A model generated the notes under the pieces. That model saw nothing but the letters and a program-made list of their open reading frames with translations, was not told the origin of the DNA and ran no database searches. A stretch of 64,000 nucleotides of DNA, taken from assembly GCA_028534125.1 (NCBI GenBank), contig CM052817.1, positions 31,188,001 through 31,252,000 of the forward strand, written 5' to 3'. Source of the DNA: Lama glama (Eukaryota). Of the stretch, positions 24,691 through 38,652 are shown piece after piece (the stretch's first letter is position 1; each line of letters starts with the position of its first letter). The position numbers were made by a program, and so were the translations under genes.

Positions 24691-27002
24691 GCAAAATCAG
24701 GCTGCTGATATTCACAAAGGGATAGCATCTGAGTACTGGGCAAATGTGTGGAAAAGTACACTCATACTCACACTAGCCAGCGGGCAGTCACTGCTCTGGA
24801 TCACAGCTGCGCAGGGCAATATCTATCAAAAAGTATTTTAAATATGCATATCCTTTGACACTGTAATATTTCTAAAAATTTCTCATAAGGAAATAATCAT
24901 GGTTATGAACTTGGCTTTATCTACAGGGATCTTCATCTTTGCACAGTTTATAATTTTTAAAAGATAGCGATCACCTAGACATTCAACAAAGGGAATTGGT
25001 TTAAAATATTATGGAACAGACAAGAGAATGCTCCGCTGTATGAAAGATGCTTTTGAAGACTACTAATCACATAGAATGATGCTTATTATATAATAACTAA
25101 GAACCTCAAATCACAAAACAATTTCTATACCATGATCTTGTTTTTAAAAATACATGATTATTCAAGGATTCCCAGTCCTGCCTGAGCCTACAGTTCAGAG
25201 TCAGCTCAGAGACTCTGACTTCATTTCCTTTCGGAGCTGGCTCTTCTCTTGAGCCACCTCCCGGGCTTTTCCTTCTCCTTCATGCCATAGAATTGGCATG
25301 GTTGGCCAAAAACTTAAGGGCACAACACTTTTTGGGGACCTCATCGAAGTCAAAGTACAAAATGGGGAAGGAAAGAATTAGAGAAAAAGGAAAATCCAAA
25401 TTAAAATATGCAGACAGAAGACAGACACACACATACATGAATTCAGCTTCAGGTGAATGCTGATACGGGAAGGTCTGGGCAAGTTTCACAAATGTAACAC
25501 TCAAGTCTTTGAGAAGCAAACTTAAAATACATTTCAATGTGGGAGAGCATTATATGCCAGGAGAAAGTATAGACAGTGGCCCTCAAAAGGACACAGCTGT
25601 GTGCATTGTGCTTCAAGTAGAAAAGGTTGCTTATAAGAGCTGAGAGTAAATTTTTCTCTATAAAAATGTGAAATCACTCGTGAAAGATTCAGCCCCAAGA
25701 AAACATTTATTGCAAATCAATTTTGTGCCAGACACTGAAACAGGAACTCAGATCTCCCCATTCACAATTATCGTATATGATTCTTTCAATGCAAAATTAA
25801 CTTAAGAATAATGGTTAACTTTTCCACCAATATAGACTCCATCAAAGGTCTTTAGTAATTAATCTTAAAATGAGGACACCTATAGTCAATCTTACTTAGC
25901 AAAGCACTTTGGTAGTGACTAAGGGCGGCGGTGGGGGGGTGGGTGCAGATTCACTTACTAGACGTTTCTGTTGGCCAAGGTTTTACATAAATGATTTCTA
26001 CAACATATTCTCTATCATCTCTTAATTACAAATGATCTCATTTTCAACCAGTGCAATCTAGGAAATATCTGTATATGACTCTAACACACAACTAATTTCA
26101 ACAATGGGTTCTTTTTTAAATCCCTTAAGATCAAATACAAATCATTTTTAAATAAAAGCAAAATAGTAGCTAAACATAATAGTGTTATTTGACAGGAAAA
26201 ATCTTCTCAAATTAAAAACAATGAAATATCAACTTTATGAAGCACTTTGCCATCTTTTGTCTAATAACCTAACAAGAAACCTTGGCAACCTTTCTGACTT
26301 CCTATGCGTGATGGCACATTTAATTGAAGGGCTACTAGTATCTGGAGGCCATATTTTATCAGAGCATGGTTGGTTTGCCCTAACTTACCTATACTGACTC
26401 ATTCAACTCAAGAATTTACTTCACAAGACCCCCTCGTGGATGCTTCCACATTTATTTGTCTTACTTTCAGATCCTGAGAATTTGATGGAGTTGTAAAGGA
26501 GAGTTCTCTGTACTCAGCCCTTTTTAGAGGTTTGGGAAGAAAGTCATGGCAAAGTTTTCCTTTTTGATTCTTCTCATCCAGTCTGTCATTAATTTTGTTG
26601 CTGTTGCCCAGATGATATTTTTTATTACCACCTCTTTAGTTTAAATCCTAACCTTTTATGGTTACATTTACCACGTTTATCTGCATATTTTGGGTCCTCA
26701 ATATTTACTGAAAATTTTCTCCACCCTTTCACATACATTAGCTCCTCTGCCCTCTGTGCAAGTTACTCTGTTTCATAGATGGGCAAACAAGGTTAAGTAA
26801 TTTCCCTCAAGATACACACAGCTAATAAACACCAAAGCTGAAATGCAACTCAAGTCAGCCTACCCAAGTCTGAGTCTCTTTCCATCAATAGCTATCCCCA
26901 CAACCCAAATATTATAGTTAAAGATATCTTCTCCCCTGGATTTATACCACCCCGAGTGGGACCCCATGAGAGCCATGGAGGCAGGTAGAGTCTTTTTCAC
27001 TG

Positions 27003-27160
27003 TTCAGTCAACAAATATTTATTGAGCTCCTACTCTGTGTCAGACACTGCTCTAGGTGCAGAGAAATGATATGATGTGAAACATAGTCTCTTCCCTTGCA
27101 GAGTTTATAGTCTAGTTGAAGGAGACAGAAAGCAAACAAACAGAAACAAATAAATAGTGT
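27003..27160 (-). mobile_element. L2 3' end
   Basis: caacaaatatttattgagctcctactctgtgtcagacactgctctaggtgc. Confidence 0.75.
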
Positions 27161-28557
27161 CTTGCATTGATACATATAGTCATAGTCCTCACGCTCAACA
27201 AGAACCGAAGAAGCAGATGTGCCTCTTTAAGGAGAGAATAAATCACAATAAATCTATTCTTAATTTTTAAGATGGGACAAAGGACTATTAGCTTTGAAAG
27301 TGAGCATCTTCCTTAAGAAATATACCAGAACTAAATATTCAAGCAGCATAAATATGTGTTATAAAATGCAGATGCAGGTCTTTTGATTTTCAGTCATTCA
27401 TATTCATGCTCAAGCATTTTGCTTGTTGTGTCTTGTCTTCATTGTTCCTCTTACAATATTTTTCATCATTTCATATTTACTGAGGATTCACAGCCATCTA
27501 ATAAGAACAGAAAATGGAAGCAACTCCTTTCTCAGCACTAGAGTAATCGTAGCAGATCAGTTGTCCGGCAAGGGTAGGGAACCACAGCAAAGGTCTGTTT
27601 CAGAGACCCAGCCTTCTCGGGGACACCAAAAGCTCCCATAAGCATCCTATTCAAAGTGCTCCTGGCTCTCTTTATAACATCATCCTATTTTGTTTTCATT
27701 ATAATATTTAGGACTACCTAATAAGATCTTGTTTGTTTATTCTCAGTATTCTCCCACATTAAAGACTTTGTCTTGTGATTCAAAACCACTGGATACCAAA
27801 TAGGATTATACCCAATGGTTATTCATTGAATGAATGTAATTAAATAGAACAAAGTCTTCATTACACGGTTTCTTATTCAATAAGATAGAAGTAGACATGA
27901 AAAGGCCAGTATATCTAAGACTCTAGGGCACTAATGTTGAGTGCTAATATTACTACAGTTGTTTTTAATAATGTGTTCCCAAAACTTACCACAGCGTAGG
28001 GAGTCATCCCATCCTGTTCCCTCCACCAGACTGATTCCTATGTTGGACTCCCCTCTGGACCACAGTGCGGCAGTTGAAAGCAAAAGAAGAGGAAATGCCT
28101 TCCCTCTCCTGTACAAGGTAAACGTCCTGTTATCCTTAAGCAGACTCAATTCTTTTCACCTGAGACCTCACCATAGCAGAGGAAAGAGGAGGATGTGCTT
28201 ACAAGTTGCACAGGCTGGAGAAAGATGAATAGATGAGCACCTGCATGCCAGAGCACCACACAGAGCTCAGAGGAACTTCCAGTGGGGGTGAAAAATGCTA
28301 ACTGTAGCTGATGAGACTAGGAGAAAGCTCTGTAAACTATCAGAGGTAAGTAAAAGCTAGCTACTCCAAGACTGAGAAACAGAAGTCAGAAGTTACCTCG
28401 AGCCTGGGTCCATACTCCAGCCCTCCCACCCACAAGGCTGTGTGACCTTAGTGAAATTACTTAACCTCTTAAAACCTCCTAATCTGTAAAGTAGAAATAA
28501 TAATGTTAATCATGGGGTTGTAAGGATCAAATTTGCCAACAGAGATAAAGAGCTTAA

Positions 28558-28892
28558 AAAAAAAAAGACACTATGAACTCATCTATAAAAAAGAAACAGA
28601 CTCGCAGACATAGTAAACAATCATATGGTTACCTGGGGAAGTTGTGGGAAGAGATAAATTCGGGAGTGTGAGATATACAAATGTTAGCCACTACATGTAA
28701 AAGTAGATTTTTCAAAAAGTTTCTTCTGTAAAGCACAGGGAACTATGTTCAATACCTTGTAATAACCTTTAATGAAAAAATATGAAAACAAATATATGTA
28801 TGTATATGTATGACTCGGACATCGTGCTGTACACCAGAAATTGGCACATTGTAAGTGACTATACTATAGTAAAAAATAAATAATGTAAAAAT
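28558..28892 (+). mobile_element. Young camelid L1 3' end inserted into a MIR
   Basis: gaactcatctataaaa.agaaacagactcgcagacatagtaaac...acattgtaagtgactatact, flanked by TSD AGAGCTTAA (28549-28557 and 28893-28901); MIR core at ~28430-28548. Confidence 0.85.
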
Positions 28893-30609
28893 AGAGCTTA
28901 AGACAAAGCCTTCATACTGCTAATGTTCAACTGATGTTTCTACATCATTGGTGCCTTCGGCAAGAAAAAACACACATTCAGAGAGAGGATAGGATGGAGA
29001 TAAGTTTACTTTGCGGTAAAAGCCTAGATAAACTATTAGAATGTATTCAAGTTACCTCATAATGAAAAATATATTTCAAATTTCATTTCCACTTATTGTT
29101 TTATGGTAAAATAAAATAATTTAAAGATAAGGAAATACATAAAAGATCCTTCAGTATTTTCTAGGCTGAATGTTGCTAACTCTTTTATATACAGAACTTT
29201 ATTTAACCCTCCTACAATCCTATGAAAAAGCTATTTTTATTCCTATTGTACAGATGTTGACACAGACTGAATGAGGGTCAGGAAGTACTGAAGGTTACAC
29301 AAATGCTAAGTTGTAGAGTTGAAATTAAAACCAAGTCCTTCTGACCCCAGAGCCAATTCTTGTCCACTCCATCATTCTGTCAAGGATACTATTCCATTTT
29401 AAACATTGTAAATTTACTTCATTCACTGTCAAATATTTCAATGAATCTCCTTGGATTCTAGCACTAGAGTTGCTTCTCCAAGATTGGTAACAACTAAACC
29501 TTCCCAAAGGAAACAAGGAATCTGCTGTTAAAAACCAGGTTATCCATGCTCTCACCAAGTTGAATTGGGTTGGGAGTGCTTAGTGTCTGCTCCTGGCTGT
29601 ACCACAAGGTCAGCCAAGGCCAGGACTACATCAGCAGAACGGAAGCATGAAGGTCATGCTCTATTCTAGATAACTCAACATGAGAAGTAACATTTTGCCC
29701 GAATAATTTCTGGGACAAAGCAATTTGAAAGGACACTGTGTACCTTGCAGGATCTGTAAGGGGATTAGAATAGGATAAGAAGGAACAGAGAGTTAAAGAC
29801 AGGGCCTCTCTGTGAAGATACTGGCTTCTTAACTAACTCTAAACATCTGTGAATCCAAACGTATTAACTAATTTTCTTCTCATAAAAGAAAATCAAAGAG
29901 ACACAAGTAAGATACATTTTCTTCATGAATCCATTGTGACATTTGTAAAAAAAAAAAAAAAATAAAGTCGTTATAGACCTAGTGAAGGCATAGGTAAGCC
30001 AATGTCTTGCTAATTCACGCAAAAAAAAAAAAAAATGAGTACCCAGGATGACGCAGTGTAAATGATCAGAGTTAATAAGAACTAGCTCCTCTTGCCAGAA
30101 GCATGAGGCTTAGGGTTTAATATTCTCTATAATAAAATTACATATATTACAGACTTAACATTTTTAATGCAATCTCAAGCCTCTTGATGAAGGCTTTTTG
30201 CCCAATCTTTAAGGTTTCACATCCTCCATATATATATAAAAAAAAGCTAGGACATTCTCTCCTATCATTCACACACACATATCCACACTACCTGATTCTA
30301 AGGTGTGTAAATGGTAGCAAAAGGCTCATAACTTGATGGAACTCATCCATTCAACAACTTCAATGCTCTAGTACAGTGAGGGGCTGATAATTGATTGTAT
30401 ATTAATTACTCACATTCCAGAAAGCTAAGTAAAATGTAACATTTCAGCTGTCACATCTCCATCTGTCAGTCATTTTTCATTAATTTTAAAAGAACTGCAT
30501 CTTGTCCCCATATGATTATCATTTTTAGAATTATGAACAATTGAATAGTAACAATAATTCAAATTTATATGGTACTTTCAAGTTTGCAAAACACCTTTCC
30601 CATACACAG

Positions 30610-30830
30610 GATGGTGGTTCCACATTCTGATTCAAATCCTCCTTATTAGCCTATATTTATGTGGCCTTTGATTACTTACTGAACTTCTCGGTTTATCAGT
30701 ATCCTTATCTGTAAAATGGGGATAATACTATCTGTGTTACGAGGTTACTCTAAGGATTAAATGACATTTACACAATGCCTATCATTAGCACATATGATAA
30801 ACAATAAAAGTGTTTGCTATTATTATTATC
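30610..30830. mobile_element. MIR SINE
   Basis: ttcaaatcct...tccttatctgtaaaatggggataatact...taaggattaaatga. Confidence 0.75.
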
Positions 30831-32091
30831 TCATTTGTGACTGAAGATACTCTGTGAATTAAATTGGAGAGATAATTGTATCCATGCTATGTAAGTAGGA
30901 AAACTGAGACAGAAACATTAAGCTTTCTTCCCTTTCCTCTAAATTCCATGATGAATCCATTTGTAGAGGGAACAATTATCCACTAATACAGGGAGGATCA
31001 AAATTCCAAGTTTCATTAATTGGCTTTGCTTACTTACAAAACAATGCCAGGTGTTACATTTTTTAAAAAACACTTGCTTAAAAACATTAGTTATTCACTG
31101 AGAAAATATTTATTAAGTCTCTATAAAGGCACTGGACTGGGATATATGAAATTAAAAAATAAGAATTTGAAATTAGACTACATTTTATTTACTTAGCCAA
31201 ACTGTACATTAATACATATGAAAATTATTTGGGTTTTTTTATGCCCAGGATGGTACAAATAAATTCTACAATGATGAGAATATAAGAAATTACTTAGTAG
31301 CACAGAGTTTATTGAGCAGGGTTTATTGTAAAATCATTACTTTGCTTGCAGTTAGCTGTAAACTTCACTATTCACAAAGGCAATGAGATTTCAATGGATT
31401 CCCCAGCCTTGTGTAGTTTTACTGGGAGTCCCATTTTAGGTTTAGTAACAGTGAAAACTTAAGTAACAAAAGAATAAATGACAGAGCAGACGTGCATACT
31501 AGGGTCCAGATTATACCAGCTGGGCGTTGTGGTTCTTAATAGAGTCATAAAATGCTCACTCAGATAACCCTTTTTAACCCAGCATTCTCTAAATTCAGAA
31601 ATGGTAACAAACCACTCTCAAGCTGAGCTGGTATTTACCTTTTTATTCTCTGAATTTACAAAAGAAGATTTTTACAGGGAATGAGATTGTAAGGGAGGGC
31701 ACGTTCTACATGCTCAAAAGGAAATATTTAAAATAAATGTCTAGTATTATTGTTTGGAATGCATATGACATACTATTTCTTTCCTTTCAATAAATAGACA
31801 TTTTACTACAAGGCAATGTAGTATTAGAAAGGAAAAGTGAAACATGAGCTTCCACTCAACAAAAAAAGGAAGGGAGGAATAGAATGGTTCTTGTTGGTTG
31901 TACCCTCAGCATCAACTCCCTCATCCCTAACTGAATTGCAGACGTGAAGTTTGGGAGGACTTTCCCTACCCCCAGCTCCAGGCGTGGGTCCTGACTGGCC
32001 AATGACAGTCAGCTCATGGCACTGCCTGGCACTGTGCTTAGTTCAAGGGCAGAACAGACTGGACTTGGTCCCGTCACAGCAAGACCCAGGA

Positions 32092-32325
32092 GCAGAATGG
32101 GCTGCATAATTTGGGCAAACTCAGGATAAAATGAAAATGTGGGGCCCCTTGGTCCAAAATTATTTTTATATTTTATTTATATTATAGCATCCATACAATT
32201 TATATTTATATTATAATCAGTAATTTTAAAAAGGCAACAGCAGAACATTAGGTGAAGTATGGAGTCCTTCTACGCTTTGGGCTCTGTGCAATGACATGGC
32301 TTTGCATGCTTAGGAAGCCAGCTGA
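32092..32325 (-). mobile_element. MER45A-like (hAT-Tip100) element with an internal AT-rich expansion
   Basis: cataatttg...aaaatgaaaatgtggggccccttg...cagcagaacatta...ctgtgcaatgac...gaagccagc. Confidence 0.7.
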
Positions 32326-34189
32326 TGACCAGAGGAGGACTCATCCCTCCAGGAACCTCTAAAACTCTCAAATAGCCCTATCCCCGCATAAGGATATTTG
32401 AGCAGCAGTCTCAGGATCTCTCTATAACTTTTGCTAAGAACTAAAGGTGATCAGTTTAAGAATGTTGGGGCCTCCAATTCAGTCAGAGGACTTCTGTCTT
32501 TTATATGACTTTAAGGTGTCAGAGGCAGAGATAAACAAACTCACACGTATCCCTGGCTTTGTCCACACATTCAAACATTGCATAACAACAATGCCTCTTC
32601 CTGGGAAACCAGATGTGTCTGCACTCTGCATTCCAACTCCAGCTTGCAGAGTCACGCCTTTCTCCAGGGAGACCGCCCACACTTGGGACTGGTGAGGAGC
32701 CCATGTCCTGCCCTTGTAAGTAGCCCTTCCTTCCCAAGGTTAGCCAGGACAGAAAGCATGATCTAATAACAGTGTTCCAACCATTGTGCTGACATGTTTG
32801 CTGCCTTATACCTGCTTCTGAATTACAGTGAACAGAGCAAGGCCAGTCCATCATGAGTGAGTCATTTTGAGATCGTGATCTATAGAGAGTTTCTCACAAA
32901 AACATTAATGGCTATATTATGTCTCTAGAGCAGATAGATTAGGGGAATTTAGATTATAACTGAAGACAAATCTTTGTCATTAAAAAAAAGTCTTTCTTCT
33001 TTATCAAAAAGATATTAATAAGAAATTTTGGGATAGTTTCTTCCTATTTGTTACCAGAGTAGATAATATCAATTCATCTGTCAGATGATTTAAAAAAAAA
33101 AAATAGGACTGTATGTGAAGCCTGGCCTTGAAAAAGTTCTGAAACTTTTCCACTGCCTGCCTTTTTCATGTTAGGATGGAAATGACAGTAACTGGAATAG
33201 AGAGATCTGGGATGATTAAATCAAAAAGGGAAACATAGGAAGTTTAAATAAACATGGAAATGAATGACCAGAGTTGGAATAGCAAAGAAGCAGAGTCAAA
33301 ATGAGTATGACTGCCCCAAACTGAAATGGGGCAAATACAATGTTAACCTAGAGAGATGGAGAGCTGAAGGGTGAAGTGGAAGGCAAGGAACACCCAACAC
33401 GAGGGCAATGTCAAATCATTCATTGTATTATTGTTTCTACTTTTATGTGTGATTAAAAATTTCTATGTAAAACGTTTCTTTTGAGGAAGGAATTCTGAAA
33501 TATTATTAACTAGTAATCTGAAAGCCCACCCATTATAAACCTCCAGAGATGTTTGGTAAAATAAAACAAACTTCTTTTATGTAAACAGCTGAAATCTCCA
33601 TAAAGAAAAGGAAATCTCAAGATTACAGAAATGCAGCAGTGAGCTGAAAATAAGAGCAGTGAGTACATGAAATGACATCACAGGAATGAACAGTATATGG
33701 GTGAACATCCCATGAACAGATATTACAATAGTCCTGTCTTGGAGGAAGTCATCAGTCTCAGTAAAGAGATGAGGCTTTGAATCCATAGGAAGTATAATAG
33801 GAATCAAGACCCTCCCAAAAAACAGGGACCCAACTAGCTCAGTTGTATGATGAGGGAGCTTGTCTGATTCTCCCTAGACTCTGATTTGAAACAAAAACCT
33901 TTCTTTGGGCACTTTTTACTATAGCCCTGACCCTCCCAAGGGTTTGAAGTTACAACTACACATGTGATCCAAGAATTCCTGCGAGCTAGAAATTAACATA
34001 AAATTTGGCCCGGGACAGTGATACATGAGTGTGCCTGGTCAAACCAAACACAAAATTGTCCTAAAATGACATGCCCGAATCCAAGAAAGTTAATAATGCA
34101 AAGTCATAAAATAAACGGAAAACAATTCCCTAGGAGAAAGAATAAGTCATTAGTCATAATCAGCAGCTATAATAGAAGAATGAGAACTT

Positions 34190-35040
34190 CAGACAATTGA
34201 ACAATCTGACAGAGGCTATTAAACAAATATGAATAAAATTGAAGACAAAAAGTAGTAATTAAAACCACTTGAAAAGAATGACACACACATAAATAAAGAA
34301 CTAGATGTGAAAATAAACCAAATAGAACCTCTAGAAATGAAAAATATGTATCAATATTATAATTTAAAATTCAGTGAATAGATTAAAATAGAGTATTAGA
34401 CACTGCTGAAGAGTTAAAGAATTAAAAGATAAGTCTGAGAAAATACACCTGATTTCAGCTCAGAGATTTACAGAGAATGGATGAGAATGTCCAGCATAGG
34501 AGTAATTAGAGTGCCAGAAAGAGAGAATATAAAAGTCAGGAGTGAAGATATATTCATAGGACTAATAGCTGAGAATGTTCTCAAACTGAAGATCTGAATC
34601 CTCAGATTTAAGAAGTACACCTTCTAGACAAGATATATAAAAAGAAATCTACAATATAATCATTATAGTGCAATCAGTTAAGGCAAAAAAAATTTTTTAA
34701 GCATTCAAAGACAAAATGCCAGTTGCCCACAAGGAAACAAAATTTTAATTTGCATTAAAATTTCTGATAGCATCGCAAGAGTCCAGAGAAAGGTGGAATA
34801 AATTTTTTTTAATTGATGAGAGAGAAAATAACTGTCAACCACGAATTCTGATATCTGGCCAATCAAAATTGAGGGTGAAAAAAAAGATAATGTTTGACAG
34901 ACAAAAACTGGAATAGTTTCCACTGAAAGACTTCCCAGGAGTATATTTAACTAAGGAGAGAATTTAACCCAGAAGGAAGAAGCAGGATGCAAGAAGGTAT
35001 GGTGATTATGTAATATAAACTTGAAATCTTTAATAATATT
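34190..35040 (+). mobile_element. Degraded old L1 ORF1 region
   Basis: ccaaatagaacctctagaaatgaaaaat, gagtgccagaaagagagaat, aatagctgagaatgttctcaaactg. Confidence 0.7.
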
Positions 35041-36449
35041 GAAAAAGGATGTAAGAGCCTTCTTTCTTTAAAGGCTTCTTTATATTGAGTCAAAATTTTG
35101 GAAGTTGAGTAGCACTGGCTACAGTACTTATTTATTCCTATAGAAACAAGAAACCTAGGGCTGACTGCCTTCCTTGCTCAAAAACAGAGAGAAATAAGAG
35201 CATCTTTCAAATTTTGAAGTTTGAAAAAGAAAAAAAAAAACCCTATACCTTGGATGCATAAAGGAACTAAGAAAGAAAAATGATATAATTTAAGTTAAAT
35301 AATATTATTGAATTATTCTGATACCAGAACTTTAAACTATATATTTGCTGCCTATATTTCCATAGTCTATGTAAATCTTAACTAAATTCCTACTATTATA
35401 AGATATGCAAAATTGCCTATGTAATTAAGCAGTGAAATGAGGTAAGCAGAAGTGGTAATTTATTTTAAAATAATTATAATGGTGATATCATTATTCAGTC
35501 TGTACATATTATTGTTTAGGACTTTAGTATTTATTTTATTACAAGGCCATAAGTGCTTGTGAAAGGTAAAATATGTGGGAAATACAGAGTTATGCAAAGA
35601 AGAATATAAAAAGTTACCTATACTACCGTGACTCAGAGATAAACATTGTAAGCGTTTGGATGTGTATCATTACTGAAGTCAAATGACCTAAACACACTTC
35701 CAGCTTCCTTACTCACTATCTTTATAGATAATACTTAAACTCTCTCAACATTAATTTCTTTACAGTAACACAGGGATATTAATAGTATCTACTTAATAGA
35801 GTTTTCATGTAAGGCATATAGTATAATACTTGGCACACAATAAATTTGACTTACTATTTCACTAGTCTTTTTTTCCTTCAAAAGATATACTGTATATTAC
35901 TTAACACAACATGAACGTATTTAACGTAATAATGCATTGTATATATGCAATGCATGTATTAATTAGTAGCCTGCTTATTCACTCACTAATATGTCTTGAA
36001 CATTTCCTATATCTTTATGTATGTATTCTTTCACAACATTATTTTTAATGGTTGCACATTTTTCCAACATATAATGGATTAAGAGGAAGAGGAGGAAGAA
36101 CAAAAGACTGATTAAAAACCCACAGGAAAGAAAACATAACCCAGAAACAGAGAATACAAACCTTTAAAAATGCTATATATTATAAGAAAGCAAAAGAAAA
36201 TGAGTTTAACAAAGCAGAAACTCAAAGACAAAAGAAAAAAACATTGGACTAAAATAAAATGACACTACAACATTAAAAATATTAACACAAAAATATTTAG
36301 AAATGATAAACTCCTCTTTTATCTTACATTGAAAACGCTGGTACCTGGCAGCATGAATATAAACACTTATTCACTTTCTTCTATAATGTGCAAACAATGG
36401 TTTCAAAATAACAATCTCAATATAATAATAAGACTACCTAATGAAAACT

Positions 36450-37585
36450 TGAAAGGAGTTAAAGATTTAAATGTAAGACCTGAAACCATAGCATTCCTTA
36501 AGAAAACATAGGAAAAAAGCTTCTTTGCATTGGTCTTAGCAATGATTTTTTGGAAAAGATGCCAAAAGGACAGGCAACAATAGCTAAATAAACAAGTGGA
36601 ACTACATCAAACTAAAAAGCTTGAAAAGACAACCTATGGAAGAGGAGAATATATTTACAAATCATGTATCTGATAAGGGGTTAAACTTCAAAATCTACAA
36701 GGAACTCACAATTCAGCAGCCAAAAAAAGCCCAAATAATCTAATGTAAACATAGGTAAAGGACTTGAATAAACATTTTTCCAAAGAAGACATACAAATAG
36801 CCAAAAAATATATGAAAAGATACTCAACATCACTAATCATCAAGAAATGCAAATTAAAAGCACAGTGAGATATCACCTCACATCTGTTAGGATAGCTATT
36901 ATCAAAGACAAGAGATGACAAGTGTTGGTGAGGATGTAGAGAAATGGGAACCCTTGTACACTGTTGGTGGGAATGTAAATTGGTGCAGCCACTATGGAAA
37001 ACAGTACAGACTTTCCTCAAAAAATTAAAAGTAGAACTACCACATGATTCACCAATTCCACTTCTGGGTATCTATCCAAAGGAAAAGAAGAATACTAACT
37101 CAAATGATATATGCACCCCCATGTTCACTGCAGCATTATTTAAAATAGCCAAGACATGGAAACAACTAAATGTCCATCTGTGGATAAATGGATAAAGAAA
37201 TGGTGGGATATAAACTCCTGGGCATATATCCAGAGGAAAATACAATTCAAAAAGACATGCATCCCAATGTTCACAGTAGCACTATTTCTAATAGCCAAGA
37301 CATGGAAACAATCCAAATGGCCATTGACAGATGAATGGATGAAGACATGGTATATATATGCAATGGAATTATTACTCAGCCATAAAAAGAATAAAATAAT
37401 GCCACTTGCAGCAACATGGATAGAACTGGAGATTGTAATTCTAAGTGAAGTAAGCCATATATATACGGTGATGTATGTGTTAATTATCTTGATCGTGGTG
37501 ATCATTTTAAACTATATATGTATATCTCATTACAGTTTACACTTTAAATATATACAATTACCTTTGTCAAATTTTTCCTCAGTAA
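36450..37585 (+). mobile_element. L1 ORF2 3' region and 3'UTR with a second L1 segment nested at ~37210-37455
   Basis: Peptides [23 protein letters not shown] and KIMPLAATWIELE; the GIYP...TWKQ...WIKK segment occurs twice. Confidence 0.9.
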
Positions 37586-38652
37586 TGCTGGGGTGGTGGG
37601 GGGAAGAATACTTACTGAAGTTTAAACTTTCTTTGCAATTTTTTTGGTGCTTAGAGTACATGCCACCAGGGATGTAAAATCAAAATATTCTGTTCAAATA
37701 TACAAGAAGCCTGAATGCGTGTGGGGTTTTGTGATAAAGCTGAATGTTATTACAAAAGTAATATTATAAAAAAAAAAAAAAAGACAAGTGCCTAAAAAAA
37801 ATATTCTGTTCAAGATCAGTTGGAATAATTCTTCTATTTTGGATGGTCAAATCACCAACTTTGAAATACAGTTAAAATAATTTGTTGCTTTGTTTTCAAT
37901 TTTTACTGAATTTTCCCTCTGGTGTAATTATTAAGTAAGTCATTTACCTGATATCAAAAATACATGAAAAGTACATTTAGAGATGTCCTGTTTGCATCCC
38001 TGTCACCTCCATCCCATCTCTCTTCCTTCAATAGAAAACATTTTATATAATTCATTATAATATAATTAAATTATATTATATAAATTAAGTATAAATTATA
38101 TTTAACATTAAATAATATATATATTTCCCCTTTTCATTTCTCATACAAAAGGTAGCATATTTTATACACTGTTTTGTACCTTGATTTATTGATTCACTAA
38201 TTAGTCTACCAATCACTGTATATATCACTTTACAAAGATCTCCCTCATGCATTTTCCCAAATGTATCTTACAGTAGTGCTTAGCTATACCATGTCTTTTT
38301 AAAATAATTGCTTACTATTGGATATTTAGGATGTTTCCATTCTTTTATGATTATAAATGATTTCAAAGCATCCAGGTTTTGGGGGGCTATTCCTTATCAG
38401 ATTAAAGAAATTTTCTTCCTTTTTTTAGTAAGTGTCAAATTTTAACAAATGTTTTTGCTTCAGCAATTGAGATGATCAATAAAAGAGAGATGTACTTTAT
38501 TAATTAAATGAGGAGATACATAAACTGTCTAATATTACGCTCTTCTGGCATTTCCACAGTAAGGCCTATTTCATTAAGATACAGTATATTTTTAGGTGTT
38601 ACTAGGTTCGGTTGCTGATATCTCATTTCATTTTGCATTTATAAGTGAAGTT

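Noticed and set aside
36706..37677. ORFs of 83-173 aa with W/C-rich peptides (also 24271-24483 and 45532-46814)
   Set aside because: Frameshifted L1 ORF2 fragments or their antisense, not host genes.
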